A stretch of 64,000 nt of DNA from a virus (IMGVR_UViG_3300034062_007046:1-64000); one strand, 5' to 3'. Positions 1 through 9,577 are shown, numbered from the stretch's first letter. Numbers and translations are program-made. The notes: a model not told the origin generated them from the letters alone.

Positions 1-117
1 CAAAGCTGGTCCAAAAAATTAAATAAATGGATTAGACGAGAGTTTACAAAAGAAAATGTTTATGGTAAATTTTTAGAATCGATAAAGATTGAAGAAAATA
101 ATATTATTTCATTATGA
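1..117 (+). CDS. 3' end of an upstream CDS (partial), probably another glycan-cluster gene
   Basis: Frame 1 is open from base 1 (QSWSKKLNKWIRREFTKENVYGKFLESIKIEENNIISL) to TGA at 115-117, overlapping the next ATG (ATGA). Confidence 0.6.
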   Translation, partial: QSWSKKLNKWIRREFTKENVYGKFLESIKIEENNIISL

Positions 118-1289
118 AAAATATAATATATTGTTGCCAATTTACTGATGCGAGCGGTTATGGTAGTGCCGCTCGCAAATACTTATCAATACTTGACAAG
201 TACTTAGATAAGGTAAACTATAACTTAAAAATATACAATTCTTCTTATGAATCTAAGATTTCATGCTCTGAGGACGAGTTAGAAATATTAAAAAAATATG
301 AATTGAAAAATGACGATGTTGATGAATTTATAAAAAATAATAGTTATCATGCTATATTTCATTTATTGCCACATGATGCTTTTATAGATATAAAAGACAA
401 ATTTTTAAATAAAAAAATTTATGAAAATGCTAAGTCTAAAACAAGTATTTTCTATTGGGAAGCCGATAGATTGCCTTTAGCTTGGAGAAAAATTTTTAAA
501 GAAAATATGTACGATAAAGTAATTGCTGGATGCGAATGGAATAAAGAAATTTTCTTAAAAGACATAAGCGTACCAGTAGAAGTTATACCAATTCCATTTA
601 AAGAAAAAAAAATTAACAAAATAAAAAAAGACACCTTTAATATTTTTTCATTATCGCAATGGCAACCAAGAAAAGGATTTGATGTACTAATTAAAGCCTT
701 TTATCAAGAATTTTTTGACAATGATGATGTTAAATTAGTAATAAAAACGTACAAGGGAGAAGCTTTCGGTTCTTCTGACAAAGATATAATCTTAAGAGAA
801 GCTTTAGACCATAAAAACGCTTCAGTTGATTATTTAAATGATCCAAAGTGTAAATTAGATATCATTACCGGAATCTTAACAAAAGAAAAAATAGAAGAAA
901 TTTATTCTTTTTCTGATGTGTTCTGCTTAACATCAAGAGGAGAAGGGTTTAGTATCCCAACAGCAGAGGCTGCTTTATATGGCATCCCATGTGTTGTTCC
1001 AAATATTGGCGGACATACTGATTTTATAGATGCAGAGAATAATTTTTTATTCGATTGTCATCTAAAGCCAATAGAAAATATGCCTAAAGGACATTTATTT
1101 TCTTCTCGCGAAATGAATTTTTTAGAGCCGAGCGCCTCTTCAGTAAGAAAGCAATTAAGAAATGCTTATGAGATTTGGAAAAAAGATTCACAGACGTTAG
1201 AAAATATGGGACAGAAATCTAAAAAATTTACTTTGCAAATATTGAATGAAAATAGCATTTTTGAAAAATTTATTAAATTTGGAGTATAG
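114..1289 (+). CDS. GT-B fold glycosyltransferase (GT4 family)
   Basis: SGYG..AR N-terminal motif, RKGFDVLIKAF and SRGEGFSIPTAEA (E-x7-E) nucleotide-sugar binding motifs. Confidence 0.9.
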   Translation: MKNIIYCCQFTDASGYGSAARKYLSILDKYLDKVNYNLKIYNSSYESKISCSEDELEILKKYELKNDDVDEFIKNNSYHAIFHLLPHDAFIDIKDKFLNKKIYENAKSKTSIFYWEADRLPLAWRKIFKENMYDKVIAGCEWNKEIFLKDISVPVEVIPIPFKEKKINKIKKDTFNIFSLSQWQPRKGFDVLIKAFYQEFFDNDDVKLVIKTYKGEAFGSSDKDIILREALDHKNASVDYLNDPKCKLDIITGILTKEKIEEIYSFSDVFCLTSRGEGFSIPTAEAALYGIPCVVPNIGGHTDFIDAENNFLFDCHLKPIENMPKGHLFSSREMNFLEPSASSVRKQLRNAYEIWKKDSQTLENMGQKSKKFTLQILNENSIFEKFIKFGV

Positions 1290-1292
1290 CAA

Positions 1293-1904
1293 ATGTTACA
1301 TAACCCTTATAAAATTATAAAAATGTTTGAAGAAGAAGTAGCAAATTATACTGGTTCTAAGTATGCTGTATCTACTGACAATTGCACCGATGCTATTCTT
1401 TTATGTTGTGAGTACCTTAAAGTAAAAGAGGTCACTATACCAGCAAAAACATATTTATCAGTCCCACAATCAATCATACATGCTGGCGGTTCTGTTAACT
1501 TTGAGGACATTAAATGGAAGGGTGTATACCAATTAAAACCCTATCCTATATATGATGCAGCTAAAAGATTTACATCTGGCATGTATATAAAAGATTCGTT
1601 TATGTGTTTATCTTTTCATATTAAAAAACATTTAAAAATTGGCAAAGGCGGCATGATTTTAACTGATAGCGAAGATGCCGCTAAATGGTTTAAAAAAGCG
1701 CGCTATGAAGGACGCGGAGAAGTGATGTACCATGAAGATGAAATAGAAATAAATGGTCACAATGCTTACATGACGCCAGAGCAAGCAGCGAGAGGCTTGA
1801 TGCTGATGCAAAATTACCCTCTTCATAACGAAGACCTTCCAGAAGAACCACAATATAGAGACTTAAGAGAGTTCCCATTATTTAAAAATTGTAAAACAAT
1901 ATAG
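1293..1904 (+). CDS. DegT/DnrJ/EryC1/StrS-family PLP-dependent sugar aminotransferase (short form)
   Basis: FEEEVANYTGSKYAV..NCTDAI, DAA and SFHxxKxL.IGKGGMILT motifs; only 203 aa. Confidence 0.85.
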   Translation: MLHNPYKIIKMFEEEVANYTGSKYAVSTDNCTDAILLCCEYLKVKEVTIPAKTYLSVPQSIIHAGGSVNFEDIKWKGVYQLKPYPIYDAAKRFTSGMYIKDSFMCLSFHIKKHLKIGKGGMILTDSEDAAKWFKKARYEGRGEVMYHEDEIEINGHNAYMTPEQAARGLMLMQNYPLHNEDLPEEPQYRDLREFPLFKNCKTI

Positions 1905-1912
1905 GAAAAAAA

Positions 1913-2863
1913 ATGAAATTAGTGGTTATTACTGGCTGTTTGGGTCTTATTGGTTCACATGTTACAAGAAAATGCTTAGAAAAAGGTTGGAAAGTCTATG
2001 GCATTGATAAAATGACATATGCAGCAGAGACCGATTTTTTAAAAGAATTTAAAATAAATGAAAATTTTACTTTTATAAAAGAAGATATCTGCGATCTAAA
2101 AATTTTACCAGATTGCGATTACGTTATTAATTTAGCCGCAGAATCTCATGTTGGTAATAGCATTATCAATAGCGAAGAGTTTGTTAGGACCAACATAGTT
2201 GGTGTGCAAAATCTTTTAAATTTAATAAAAAATAAACCAATAAACGTTTTTGAAAGACCTCTTTTTATACATTTTAGTACAGATGAGGTTTATGGCGATA
2301 TAATTAATGGAAGTCATTTAGAAACTGACGCTTTGTGCCCAAGTAATCCTTATTCTGCTTCGAAAGCCGCCGCTGATATGTTAATTTTAGCATGGTCAAG
2401 AACATTTGGATTGGATTACGTTATAGTAAGACCAACAAATAATTATGGCATTGGGCAATATCCTGAAAAACTTATTCCTTTAACAATAAAAGCACTTAGT
2501 AGAAAGAAAATAATAAAATTGCACAACAAAGGTACTCCAATAAGAAATTGGCTTCATTCTGATGACACAGCAGAGGCTATTATAAAAATTATAGAATCTG
2601 GAACAAAAAATGAAATATTTAATATTTCTGGCGGGTTTGAACAAACAAATAAACAGACTGTAGAAAAAATTTTAATTAACTTCTTCGATCACAGTGTAAG
2701 CCCGAATGATTACATTGATCTGTCATATGTCAGAGAGGGACAAGATGTTAGATACGCAATAAATGATGAAAAAATTAAAAAACTTGGCTGGTGTCCAAAG
2801 AAAAAATTTGATGAAGAAATTAGGGAAATTGTGTTATATTATAAAAATAAATTTAGATGGTAA
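1913..2863 (+). CDS. rmlB: dTDP-glucose 4,6-dehydratase
   Basis: TGxxGxIG, DKMTYA, AAESHV, STDEVYG, YSASK, NNYGxxQYPEKLIP and RxGQDxRY motifs. Confidence 0.92.
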   Translation: MKLVVITGCLGLIGSHVTRKCLEKGWKVYGIDKMTYAAETDFLKEFKINENFTFIKEDICDLKILPDCDYVINLAAESHVGNSIINSEEFVRTNIVGVQNLLNLIKNKPINVFERPLFIHFSTDEVYGDIINGSHLETDALCPSNPYSASKAAADMLILAWSRTFGLDYVIVRPTNNYGIGQYPEKLIPLTIKALSRKKIIKLHNKGTPIRNWLHSDDTAEAIIKIIESGTKNEIFNISGGFEQTNKQTVEKILINFFDHSVSPNDYIDLSYVREGQDVRYAINDEKIKKLGWCPKKKFDEEIREIVLYYKNKFRW

Positions 2864-2882
2864 TTTTTAAAAAGGGGTAAAT

Positions 2883-3560
2883 ATGCAATCAATTGTACAT
2901 AGAGGAGAGTTTATAAAAAATATAGCCGAAAGAAGACAGATAAAAAAATATTTAGAGATTGGTATAGAACATGATCCAAAGGCTCCATACAGGCTTCTAT
3001 CTATTGACAAAAAAATATCAGTGGATATAGATCCATCTACTGGAGCTGATTTTATTATGACTTCTGACAATTTTTTTAATAGCTTAAATGAAGGCAGATT
3101 ACAAAATTTAGAAAAAAATTATAAATGGGATATTATTTTTATCGACGCAGATCATAACGCTCAATCAGTATATCGAGATTTAATTAATTCAATTGAACAT
3201 TTAGATGATGATGGAATTATTTTCATGCACGACGTTTTACCAATAGGTTACGAAAGAACTCTCGAAAAACCTGTTCGTATGAATAATCTTGTAATACCGA
3301 TCATGAATTCAGATGCGTGGAAGGTCTTTCAGTGTATTTTAAAAGAGCGAGCAGATTTACATGCTTGTACTGTTGTGGATTCATTAGCTGGACTTGGTTT
3401 AGTAATGAAATGTAAAGATAAAAATAGAAAACTTCTTGAAAAAAATGCAAATATGTTCCTACAATACTCGGAGATAGAAAGAGATATGAGATACTTCATG
3501 AATACCATAAACCCTGAAGAGGTTTTTAATTGGATAAATAATCCCACATACGGTTTTTAA
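2883..3560 (+). CDS. Class I SAM-dependent methyltransferase (Methyltransf_24-like)
   Basis: YLEIG, DIIFIDADH and GIIFMHD motifs. Confidence 0.8.
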   Translation: MQSIVHRGEFIKNIAERRQIKKYLEIGIEHDPKAPYRLLSIDKKISVDIDPSTGADFIMTSDNFFNSLNEGRLQNLEKNYKWDIIFIDADHNAQSVYRDLINSIEHLDDDGIIFMHDVLPIGYERTLEKPVRMNNLVIPIMNSDAWKVFQCILKERADLHACTVVDSLAGLGLVMKCKDKNRKLLEKNANMFLQYSEIERDMRYFMNTINPEEVFNWINNPTYGF

Positions 3561-3562
3561 AT

Positions 3563-4507
3563 ATGAAAATTAAATTTTTACTAATAGGCACAGCAAGACA
3601 GCCAACTTTAAATGTTGGCTCAAATGGTCTTGGTCGTCATACATATGATTTTTTGAGGAAGTTTCAAGAAAAGCAAGAATTAGATATTACAACGTTACTT
3701 CACAAAGATTCAAAACTTGAATGGAATTCTATTAGGCAATTATACTATAGCGACGAAAATTCTGAGTCTGGGTTAATCAAGGAATTTATTTTAAAAGAAA
3801 AATTTGACGTTGTTATGGACTTCACTCATTACCATATATTAAGCAAATTATATCAGAACCATTTACCAATAATTAATTTTATACACGATGAGGAATGTTC
3901 ATACATGCCGCCAAATTGTATGCTTGGTAATGAATGGCAAAAAAATAAATATAAAAACGGTAGAATATTTAGAACTGGTATAGACTTTACAAGATACAAC
4001 TTATACGAAAAAAAAGAAGATTATTATAGTTTTTGTGGAAAGTTGGAACACCGTAAAGGATATGACATAGCTCAACATTTCTCCAAGTTAGCAGGTATAA
4101 GAACTATTTTTGCCGGACCAGATGTCGATGGAAATGCTAATACATTACAAGAATGGATAGGAGAAATAGCAGATCATAAAAAATTTTGTGATTTTGTCGG
4201 CAAATCAACTGCACTATTCTACCCAAGTAGAGCAGACGCTGGAGGAATGGGTATTTGGGAAGCCTCTGCTTTGGGCACACCAGTAATAACCACAAAAGAT
4301 TCTGGGGCGCAATGTAATGTTATAAATGGAAGCACTGGTTTTGTAGTTTCAAACACACATGAAGCTTTGGAAGCCATCCAACAAGTAAAAACACTATCGC
4401 CTTTAAAAATTAGACAAACTGCTGAATATACGTGGGATTTTAATAAAAATTTTGAAAAAATCTACAGTCAGATAATTTCTTTTGTTTATAATAAAGAAAG
4501 GTGGTAA
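3563..4507 (+). CDS. GT4-like glycosyltransferase
   Basis: GLGRH, RKG and DAGGMGIWEASALGTPVI motifs, then TGFVV. Confidence 0.82.
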   Translation: MKIKFLLIGTARQPTLNVGSNGLGRHTYDFLRKFQEKQELDITTLLHKDSKLEWNSIRQLYYSDENSESGLIKEFILKEKFDVVMDFTHYHILSKLYQNHLPIINFIHDEECSYMPPNCMLGNEWQKNKYKNGRIFRTGIDFTRYNLYEKKEDYYSFCGKLEHRKGYDIAQHFSKLAGIRTIFAGPDVDGNANTLQEWIGEIADHKKFCDFVGKSTALFYPSRADAGGMGIWEASALGTPVITTKDSGAQCNVINGSTGFVVSNTHEALEAIQQVKTLSPLKIRQTAEYTWDFNKNFEKIYSQIISFVYNKERW

Positions 4508-4510
4508 TAT

Positions 4511-5092
4511 ATGAATGAAAATATTAAAAAAATTTTACCGTTTACTATGACTCCAATAGAAAGGTGTATTAATTTAGAAAAATTAATAAAATCAGTTAAT
4601 GCTGAAAATATTCTCGGATCGCTTGTAGAATGCGGCGTTTGGAAATGTGGACTCTTAGGATTAATGAAATTAAGTGATAAAAGCTACGGTGGTTCAAGAG
4701 AAGTTGTAGGCTTTGATTCGTTCAGATACGTACCGCCACCAGATACTAAAGAAGATTTATCTATAAGTCTATTGCAAGCAAAAAATAATCTTAAAATAAT
4801 GGGTGCGGAAGACTGTATACTACATGAGGGCTATTTTCATGAAACTTTTCCAAGAGTTAGGGATAGCATAAAAAACATTTCTATACTTCGGATAGATGCT
4901 GGTTTGTACGAAGTAACTAAATTGTGCTTGGAGGAGTTTTATTCAAAAGTTAGTATTGGTGGTTATGTAATAATTGATGATTATGGGCATTATAAAGAAT
5001 GTAAAAAAGCCGTTGATGAATTTAGAGAAAATAATAATATCCATAGCAAGATTGTCCACACAGACTATACGGAAATATGGTGGAAAAAATAA
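4511..5092 (+). CDS. TylF/MycF/NovP-family sugar O-methyltransferase
   Basis: VECGVW, FDSF, GYFHETF, LRID..LYE and GGYVIIDDY motifs. Confidence 0.85.
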   Translation: MNENIKKILPFTMTPIERCINLEKLIKSVNAENILGSLVECGVWKCGLLGLMKLSDKSYGGSREVVGFDSFRYVPPPDTKEDLSISLLQAKNNLKIMGAEDCILHEGYFHETFPRVRDSIKNISILRIDAGLYEVTKLCLEEFYSKVSIGGYVIIDDYGHYKECKKAVDEFRENNNIHSKIVHTDYTEIWWKK

Positions 5093-5104
5093 AAGAGATA
5101 ATTT

Positions 5105-5869
5105 ATGATAAATTCTAATATTGAAATAAATTTTAAAGAATTTTTAGAAAATGGATTTACGATAGTTAATAATGTGCTAAAAGAAGAATATATTAAAATA
5201 TGTAAAGAAAAATTACAAGATGTATACAAAATACAAATATTTGAATTTAATGAAAAAAAGCTATCTACAATCAAAGAAGAAAATACAATTAGAGCACCGC
5301 TTCTTTATGACAAAGTATTTTTAGATATTATAAATAATGAAACCATTATCAAAATAGTTAAACAAATTCTTGGAGAATATGCAATTTTAAGCTTACAAAA
5401 CTCTATTATTGTTTCTCCAAATCAAAAACATCATCAATCTTTTTATCATCGCGATATAATACATCAAGATTTTGTAACTTCTAAGCCGATTGGAATTAAT
5501 TTATATTTTTGCTTAGATGATTATAGCGAAGAAAATGGCGGTACATGCTTTATACCAAAATCTCATAAAATGGAATTATTACCATCCTCACGCGAAGAGA
5601 TCACACCGTCAGTATCAGCGGGATCTATAATTTTATTCGATTCCATGATATATCATAAAGCTGGTGTTAACAGAACAAACGACTTCAGGTATGGTATAAA
5701 TAATATGTTTACTTTACCATTCATAAAACAGCAAATAAATATACCTCATGCTCTTAGTGGGAAACATGCTGAAGAATATCCATTAAATAGGCTTTTAGGG
5801 TATCATAGTCTGGAACATTATAGCGTTTTACACTTCAGAGAAGAAAGACACAAAAGAGCTTCGAAATGA
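5105..5869 (+). CDS. PhyH-family 2OG-Fe(II) dioxygenase
   Basis: HxD (HRD), LDDY.EENGGT..IPKSH, AGSIILFDS..YH.AG.N and distal Arg. Confidence 0.85.
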   Translation: MINSNIEINFKEFLENGFTIVNNVLKEEYIKICKEKLQDVYKIQIFEFNEKKLSTIKEENTIRAPLLYDKVFLDIINNETIIKIVKQILGEYAILSLQNSIIVSPNQKHHQSFYHRDIIHQDFVTSKPIGINLYFCLDDYSEENGGTCFIPKSHKMELLPSSREEITPSVSAGSIILFDSMIYHKAGVNRTNDFRYGINNMFTLPFIKQQINIPHALSGKHAEEYPLNRLLGYHSLEHYSVLHFREERHKRASK

Positions 5870-6549
5870 ATAAAGTAATAATTACACAATCAAATTATAT
5901 TCCCTGGAAAGGTTATTTTACAACAATGAGAAAAGCTACTCATTTAGTTGTTTATGATAGTATGCAATACACTAAAAGAGACTGGAGAAACAGGAATAAG
6001 CTAATAACTAAAAACGGTCCAACTTGGCTATCTATACCAGTAAAAGTAAAAGGAAAATACTATCAAAAAATAAATGAGACAGAAGTTAGTGATTTAAATT
6101 GGGCTAAAGATCATTGGAACTTTATTGAAACAAACTATAAGAAGGCTCCCTTCTTTAATGAATACGCAGAAATATTTAAAAATATTTACGTAAATCAAAC
6201 TTCAAATATGTTAACAGACATTAATGTTTATTTTTTAAAAACTATAATAAATCTATTAAATATAGATATAAAAATTATTGATTCGCGAGATTTTAATTTA
6301 ATTGGCGACAAAACAGAAAAATTAGTAAATATCTGCAAGGAGCTTGAAGCCGATGAATATTTTACTGGACCTGCCGCTAAAGAGTATATGGTAGAAGAAT
6401 TATTTATAAAAAATAATATAAAAGTAACATACTATAATCTTGAAGGTTTTAAGGAATACAAACAGCTATGGAATGGCTTTGACCATCATGTTAGTATTTT
6501 AGACATGTTTTTCAATTTGGGACCAGGAACTATCAACTACTTTAATTAA
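5866..6549 (+). CDS. wbqC: WbqC-family protein (putative glycyl/acyl transferase)
   Basis: QSNYIPWKGYF, QYTKRDWRNRNK, WLSIPV, YFTGPAAKEY and SILDMFFN motifs. Confidence 0.9.
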   Translation: MNKVIITQSNYIPWKGYFTTMRKATHLVVYDSMQYTKRDWRNRNKLITKNGPTWLSIPVKVKGKYYQKINETEVSDLNWAKDHWNFIETNYKKAPFFNEYAEIFKNIYVNQTSNMLTDINVYFLKTIINLLNIDIKIIDSRDFNLIGDKTEKLVNICKELEADEYFTGPAAKEYMVEELFIKNNIKVTYYNLEGFKEYKQLWNGFDHHVSILDMFFNLGPGTINYFN

Positions 6550-6567
6550 TTTTTTTGGAGTGTTCAT

Positions 6568-7236
6568 ATGAAAAAAACAAAAAAACTCGTCGTATTCGGT
6601 GAAGGATTATACACAGAAATAGTCTATCAGTATTTTGAAGACGACTCACAGTACGCAGTCGTTGCCTTTACAAAAGATGATTCGTTCATAAGTTCAGATA
6701 AATATCTTGGATTGCCGATGATTAAATTTTCTGAAGTTGAGCGTTTCTATCCACCAGCAGAATACGATATGTTTATTGCCGTAAGCTACACTGATATGAA
6801 TAAGCTAAGAGAAAAAAAATATCACGAAGCGAAAGAAAAAGGCTATAAATTAGTTTCATATATTAGTTCTAAGTGTTCTTTTATGACAAAATATCCAATT
6901 GGAGACAATACTTTTATTTTTGAAGATAATACAGTACAACCATTTGTAAAAATTGGTAATAATGTTATATTGTGGAGCGGTAACCATATAGGGCATCATA
7001 GCACAATTGAAGACCATAATTTTATTAGTTCACATGTTGTAGTTTCCGGGCAATGTAATATCGAATCAAATTGTTTTATTGGAGTTAATTCAACAATAGC
7101 GCATAAAACCACGGTATCAAAAGAAACACTGATTGGAGCAGGAGCCTGTATTACAAAAAATACCGAACCAAGATCGGTGTACACGCCAGCTAAAAGCATA
7201 AAGCTGGATAAGACCAGCGATATGTTTAAATTATAG
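6568..7236 (+). CDS. Hexapeptide-repeat (left-handed beta-helix) sugar acyltransferase, NeuD/PglD-like
   Basis: N-terminal Rossmann-like segment, then IGDNTFI/IGNNVIL/IEDHNFI hexapeptides with NHIGHHS. Confidence 0.88.
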   Translation: MKKTKKLVVFGEGLYTEIVYQYFEDDSQYAVVAFTKDDSFISSDKYLGLPMIKFSEVERFYPPAEYDMFIAVSYTDMNKLREKKYHEAKEKGYKLVSYISSKCSFMTKYPIGDNTFIFEDNTVQPFVKIGNNVILWSGNHIGHHSTIEDHNFISSHVVVSGQCNIESNCFIGVNSTIAHKTTVSKETLIGAGACITKNTEPRSVYTPAKSIKLDKTSDMFKL

Positions 7237-7246
7237 AGGCTCTTAA

Positions 7247-8122
7247 ATGAACTGGAAAAAAATTGGTCAAATATATCAAGTAGATAATTCAAATTTTTTT
7301 TTAAAATCACACGCCTCCAACCCATTACCAATTTTCTTAGGAGATGACACATATAGAATTTATTATAGCGGAAGGACAATTGACAACAGATCTTCTGTTT
7401 CTTATGTAGACTATGATATTGTTAAGAAAAAAATAATTCATGATTATAAAACTCCATTTGTTAAGCACGGAGAAGACAATTCTTTTTATTCTCACGGTAT
7501 TAGTATTGGGAATATGTGCGAATTTAGAGGAGAAAAATATGTTGGTTTTATGGGATGGCAAGTAAAAAAAGGGGAGCATTGGCGTGGAGATATAGGAAAA
7601 TTTAATTTAAATACTGGCGAAATAACCAAATTATTAGGGATATCGGAAGAGGACCAAATCAGCCTATCATATCCTTTTATTCTTTTCGAAGATGGCGTGT
7701 ATAAAATGTGGTACGGTTCTACAAACAGTTGGACTTCAACAAATGGAGAAATGGTACATGTAATAAAACATGCTACATCTTATGATTTTACTAATTGGAA
7801 ATTGCATGGATTAGCTATACCCTATGAAATTGGAAAATTCCAAGCTTTCTCCAGACCGACAATTATAAAAATAGATAAAAAATATTATATGTGGTTTTCT
7901 TATAGATCAGGTGACGGTACTCCGTACCGAATTGGAAACAGAATTAGTGACAATGGAATAGACTGGGAATATAAAGCTGATGATATCAGTGTCGGTGAGA
8001 TTGGATGGGATTCTGATATGATCTGCTACCCCTATGTATTTTCTCATAAAAATATTTTTTATATGTTATATAATGGAAATAGTTACGGAAAATACGGTTT
8101 TGGTTTAGCAATTTTAGAATAA
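7247..8122 (+). CDS. Five-bladed beta-propeller glycoside hydrolase-like protein
   Basis: Repeated blades (SNPLP..RIYYSG, SYPFI..YKMWYG, SRPTI..YYMWFS, CYPYV..YMLYNG) and S.DGI.W Asp-box-like motifs. Confidence 0.7.
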   Translation: MNWKKIGQIYQVDNSNFFLKSHASNPLPIFLGDDTYRIYYSGRTIDNRSSVSYVDYDIVKKKIIHDYKTPFVKHGEDNSFYSHGISIGNMCEFRGEKYVGFMGWQVKKGEHWRGDIGKFNLNTGEITKLLGISEEDQISLSYPFILFEDGVYKMWYGSTNSWTSTNGEMVHVIKHATSYDFTNWKLHGLAIPYEIGKFQAFSRPTIIKIDKKYYMWFSYRSGDGTPYRIGNRISDNGIDWEYKADDISVGEIGWDSDMICYPYVFSHKNIFYMLYNGNSYGKYGFGLAILE

Positions 8123-8142
8123 TTTTAAAAAAAATAAAAATA

Positions 8143-8151
8143 TGTTAAAAT
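8143..8151 (+). promoter_or_regulatory. Possible extended -10 sigma70-type promoter (TGnTAAAAT)
   Basis: Lies in the 48-nt spacer before the AGGAG RBS of 8171; -35 is weak and the context is AT-rich. Confidence 0.25.
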
Positions 8152-8170
8152 ATAAAAAAGGAGAAACAAA

Positions 8171-8353
8171 ATGAAATTATCAGATCAAGCACTATCATGC
8201 GTAATGGTTGCACTACAAAAGTCACTAATGGAACAAAGCGATATTGTTCCAACATTGAAGGGTCTTGAATTTATTGCAGATCCAAATGAAGAGTTAGTTG
8301 TTACAAATCCGCCAAAACAAATTTTATTTAGTGACGAACAAGAAGAGGCGTAA
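8171..8353 (+). CDS. Small hypothetical protein
   Basis: Strong AGGAG RBS; fits operon packing. Confidence 0.75.
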   Translation: MKLSDQALSCVMVALQKSLMEQSDIVPTLKGLEFIADPNEELVVTNPPKQILFSDEQEEA

Positions 8354-8356
8354 AAA

Positions 8357-8617
8357 ATGCCAATGTATGAATATCGCTGCAAGTTTTGTGAAAAAAACTT
8401 CAAAACTATGCACAGCATTACCGAACAATTGCATGATTGCGAGCATTGTAGTGGTAAAGACACTTTAGAAAAAATACCTTCCTTGTTAACGTCATACAGT
8501 CGTCAAAAATCAGAACGAGAAGTAGCTGGTGAACGAGTAGAAAAAGCTATTGAAGATAACAGAAAGTTACTATTAGACCATCAAGCAGAATTAAAAAATA
8601 GAGTTTACAAACCATGA
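8357..8617 (+). CDS. FmdB-family zinc-ribbon protein
   Basis: MPMYEYRCxxC...CxxC signature. Confidence 0.85.
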   Translation: MPMYEYRCKFCEKNFKTMHSITEQLHDCEHCSGKDTLEKIPSLLTSYSRQKSEREVAGERVEKAIEDNRKLLLDHQAELKNRVYKP

Positions 8618-8922
8618 CAGTTTTATTTGCAACACTTTTTATCTTATCTTTAATAACCAACATTCTATTAGTTTGGTACATCCAAAAACTTGTTAATAAC
8701 TTAAAGAGTGGGGTTAAAAACATTGATGAGTTGCAAGAATTATTGGAAGAATATTCATCTTCCTTACAAGAAATGTCAAATTTAGATGAATATTATGGCG
8801 ACACCACCATCAATGGAGCCGTGAAAAATACAAAAATGGTTATTGAAGCTTGTAAATTTTATAAAAATTCCGTTTTGGAAATAGAAGAAGAGGTGGCAGT
8901 TGACAAAGAGCAAAACGGATAA
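8614..8922 (+). CDS. Membrane-anchored coiled-coil hypothetical protein
   Basis: N-terminal hydrophobic helix followed by heptad-rich segment; ATGA overlap. Confidence 0.7.
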   Translation: MTVLFATLFILSLITNILLVWYIQKLVNNLKSGVKNIDELQELLEEYSSSLQEMSNLDEYYGDTTINGAVKNTKMVIEACKFYKNSVLEIEEEVAVDKEQNG

Positions 8923-9577
8923 TCAATATTTTACAAAACAGCATGAAGATGCAATTTTAGAATACGCTTCAATTTTAGACCATAGAAGAAAAAGCGAGCT
9001 ATACAAGAATTTTATACAACCAGCTTTTGACGAAATGGTTAATAAAATAGTTTTTACATATAAATTTAATACTCTTCCAAACATAGAAGATTTAAAAGAT
9101 GAATGTAAAACGTGGCTAACCACAATCTTAGATAAGTTTGATACTTCTAAAGGCTCCAAGGCTTTTTCTTATTTTTCCGTTATAACTAAAAATTGGTTTA
9201 TCCACAAAGTTAAAAAAAATAACAATAAAAAAGAAATATATCTTGAAGATATGTTACTTTCTGGTAGCGAAGAAGAATTAGAATATAATGAAAATTATAT
9301 AAAAACAAGAGAACAAGAAGAGTTCTGGTCGGCTTTTAATGGTGAAATGAGCAACTGGTCTGATAAAAAAATGAAGGGTAATGAGGAAAAAGTTTACAAG
9401 GCGATACAAATACTTTTTAAAGATAGCGATAGCATAGAAATTTTTAATAAAAAAGCTATTTATTTATATATTCGCGAGATGACTGGTTTAAACACCAAAC
9501 AAGTTGTTAGTAACCTAAAAAAGTTCAAAGTCAAATATCAGACATTCAAAAAAAGCTGGGACGACGGAGACATATGA
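8900..9577 (+). CDS. Phage sigma factor, T4 gp55-like (late transcription)
   Basis: Region-2-like DLKDEC..L...LDKFD.SKGSKAFSYFS.I.KN and C-terminal helical FNKKAIYLYIREMTG; TTG start with GAGG RBS. Confidence 0.65.
   Translation: MTKSKTDNQYFTKQHEDAILEYASILDHRRKSELYKNFIQPAFDEMVNKIVFTYKFNTLPNIEDLKDECKTWLTTILDKFDTSKGSKAFSYFSVITKNWFIHKVKKNNNKKEIYLEDMLLSGSEEELEYNENYIKTREQEEFWSAFNGEMSNWSDKKMKGNEEKVYKAIQILFKDSDSIEIFNKKAIYLYIREMTGLNTKQVVSNLKKFKVKYQTFKKSWDDGDI

Noticed and set aside
686-693. ACTAATTA inside the first glycosyltransferase (also GCTATTTA at 9455-9462)
   Set aside because: 686 is mid-gene and far from any start; 9455 encodes the KAIY protein motif; chance copies are expected in AT-rich DNA.
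1-8122. Bacterial O-antigen locus or giant eukaryotic virus origin for the window
   Set aside because: The cluster runs on the same strand into T4-like sigma, baseplate, terminase and portal genes with Shine-Dalgarno sites; no wzx/wzy or housekeeping genes are visible.
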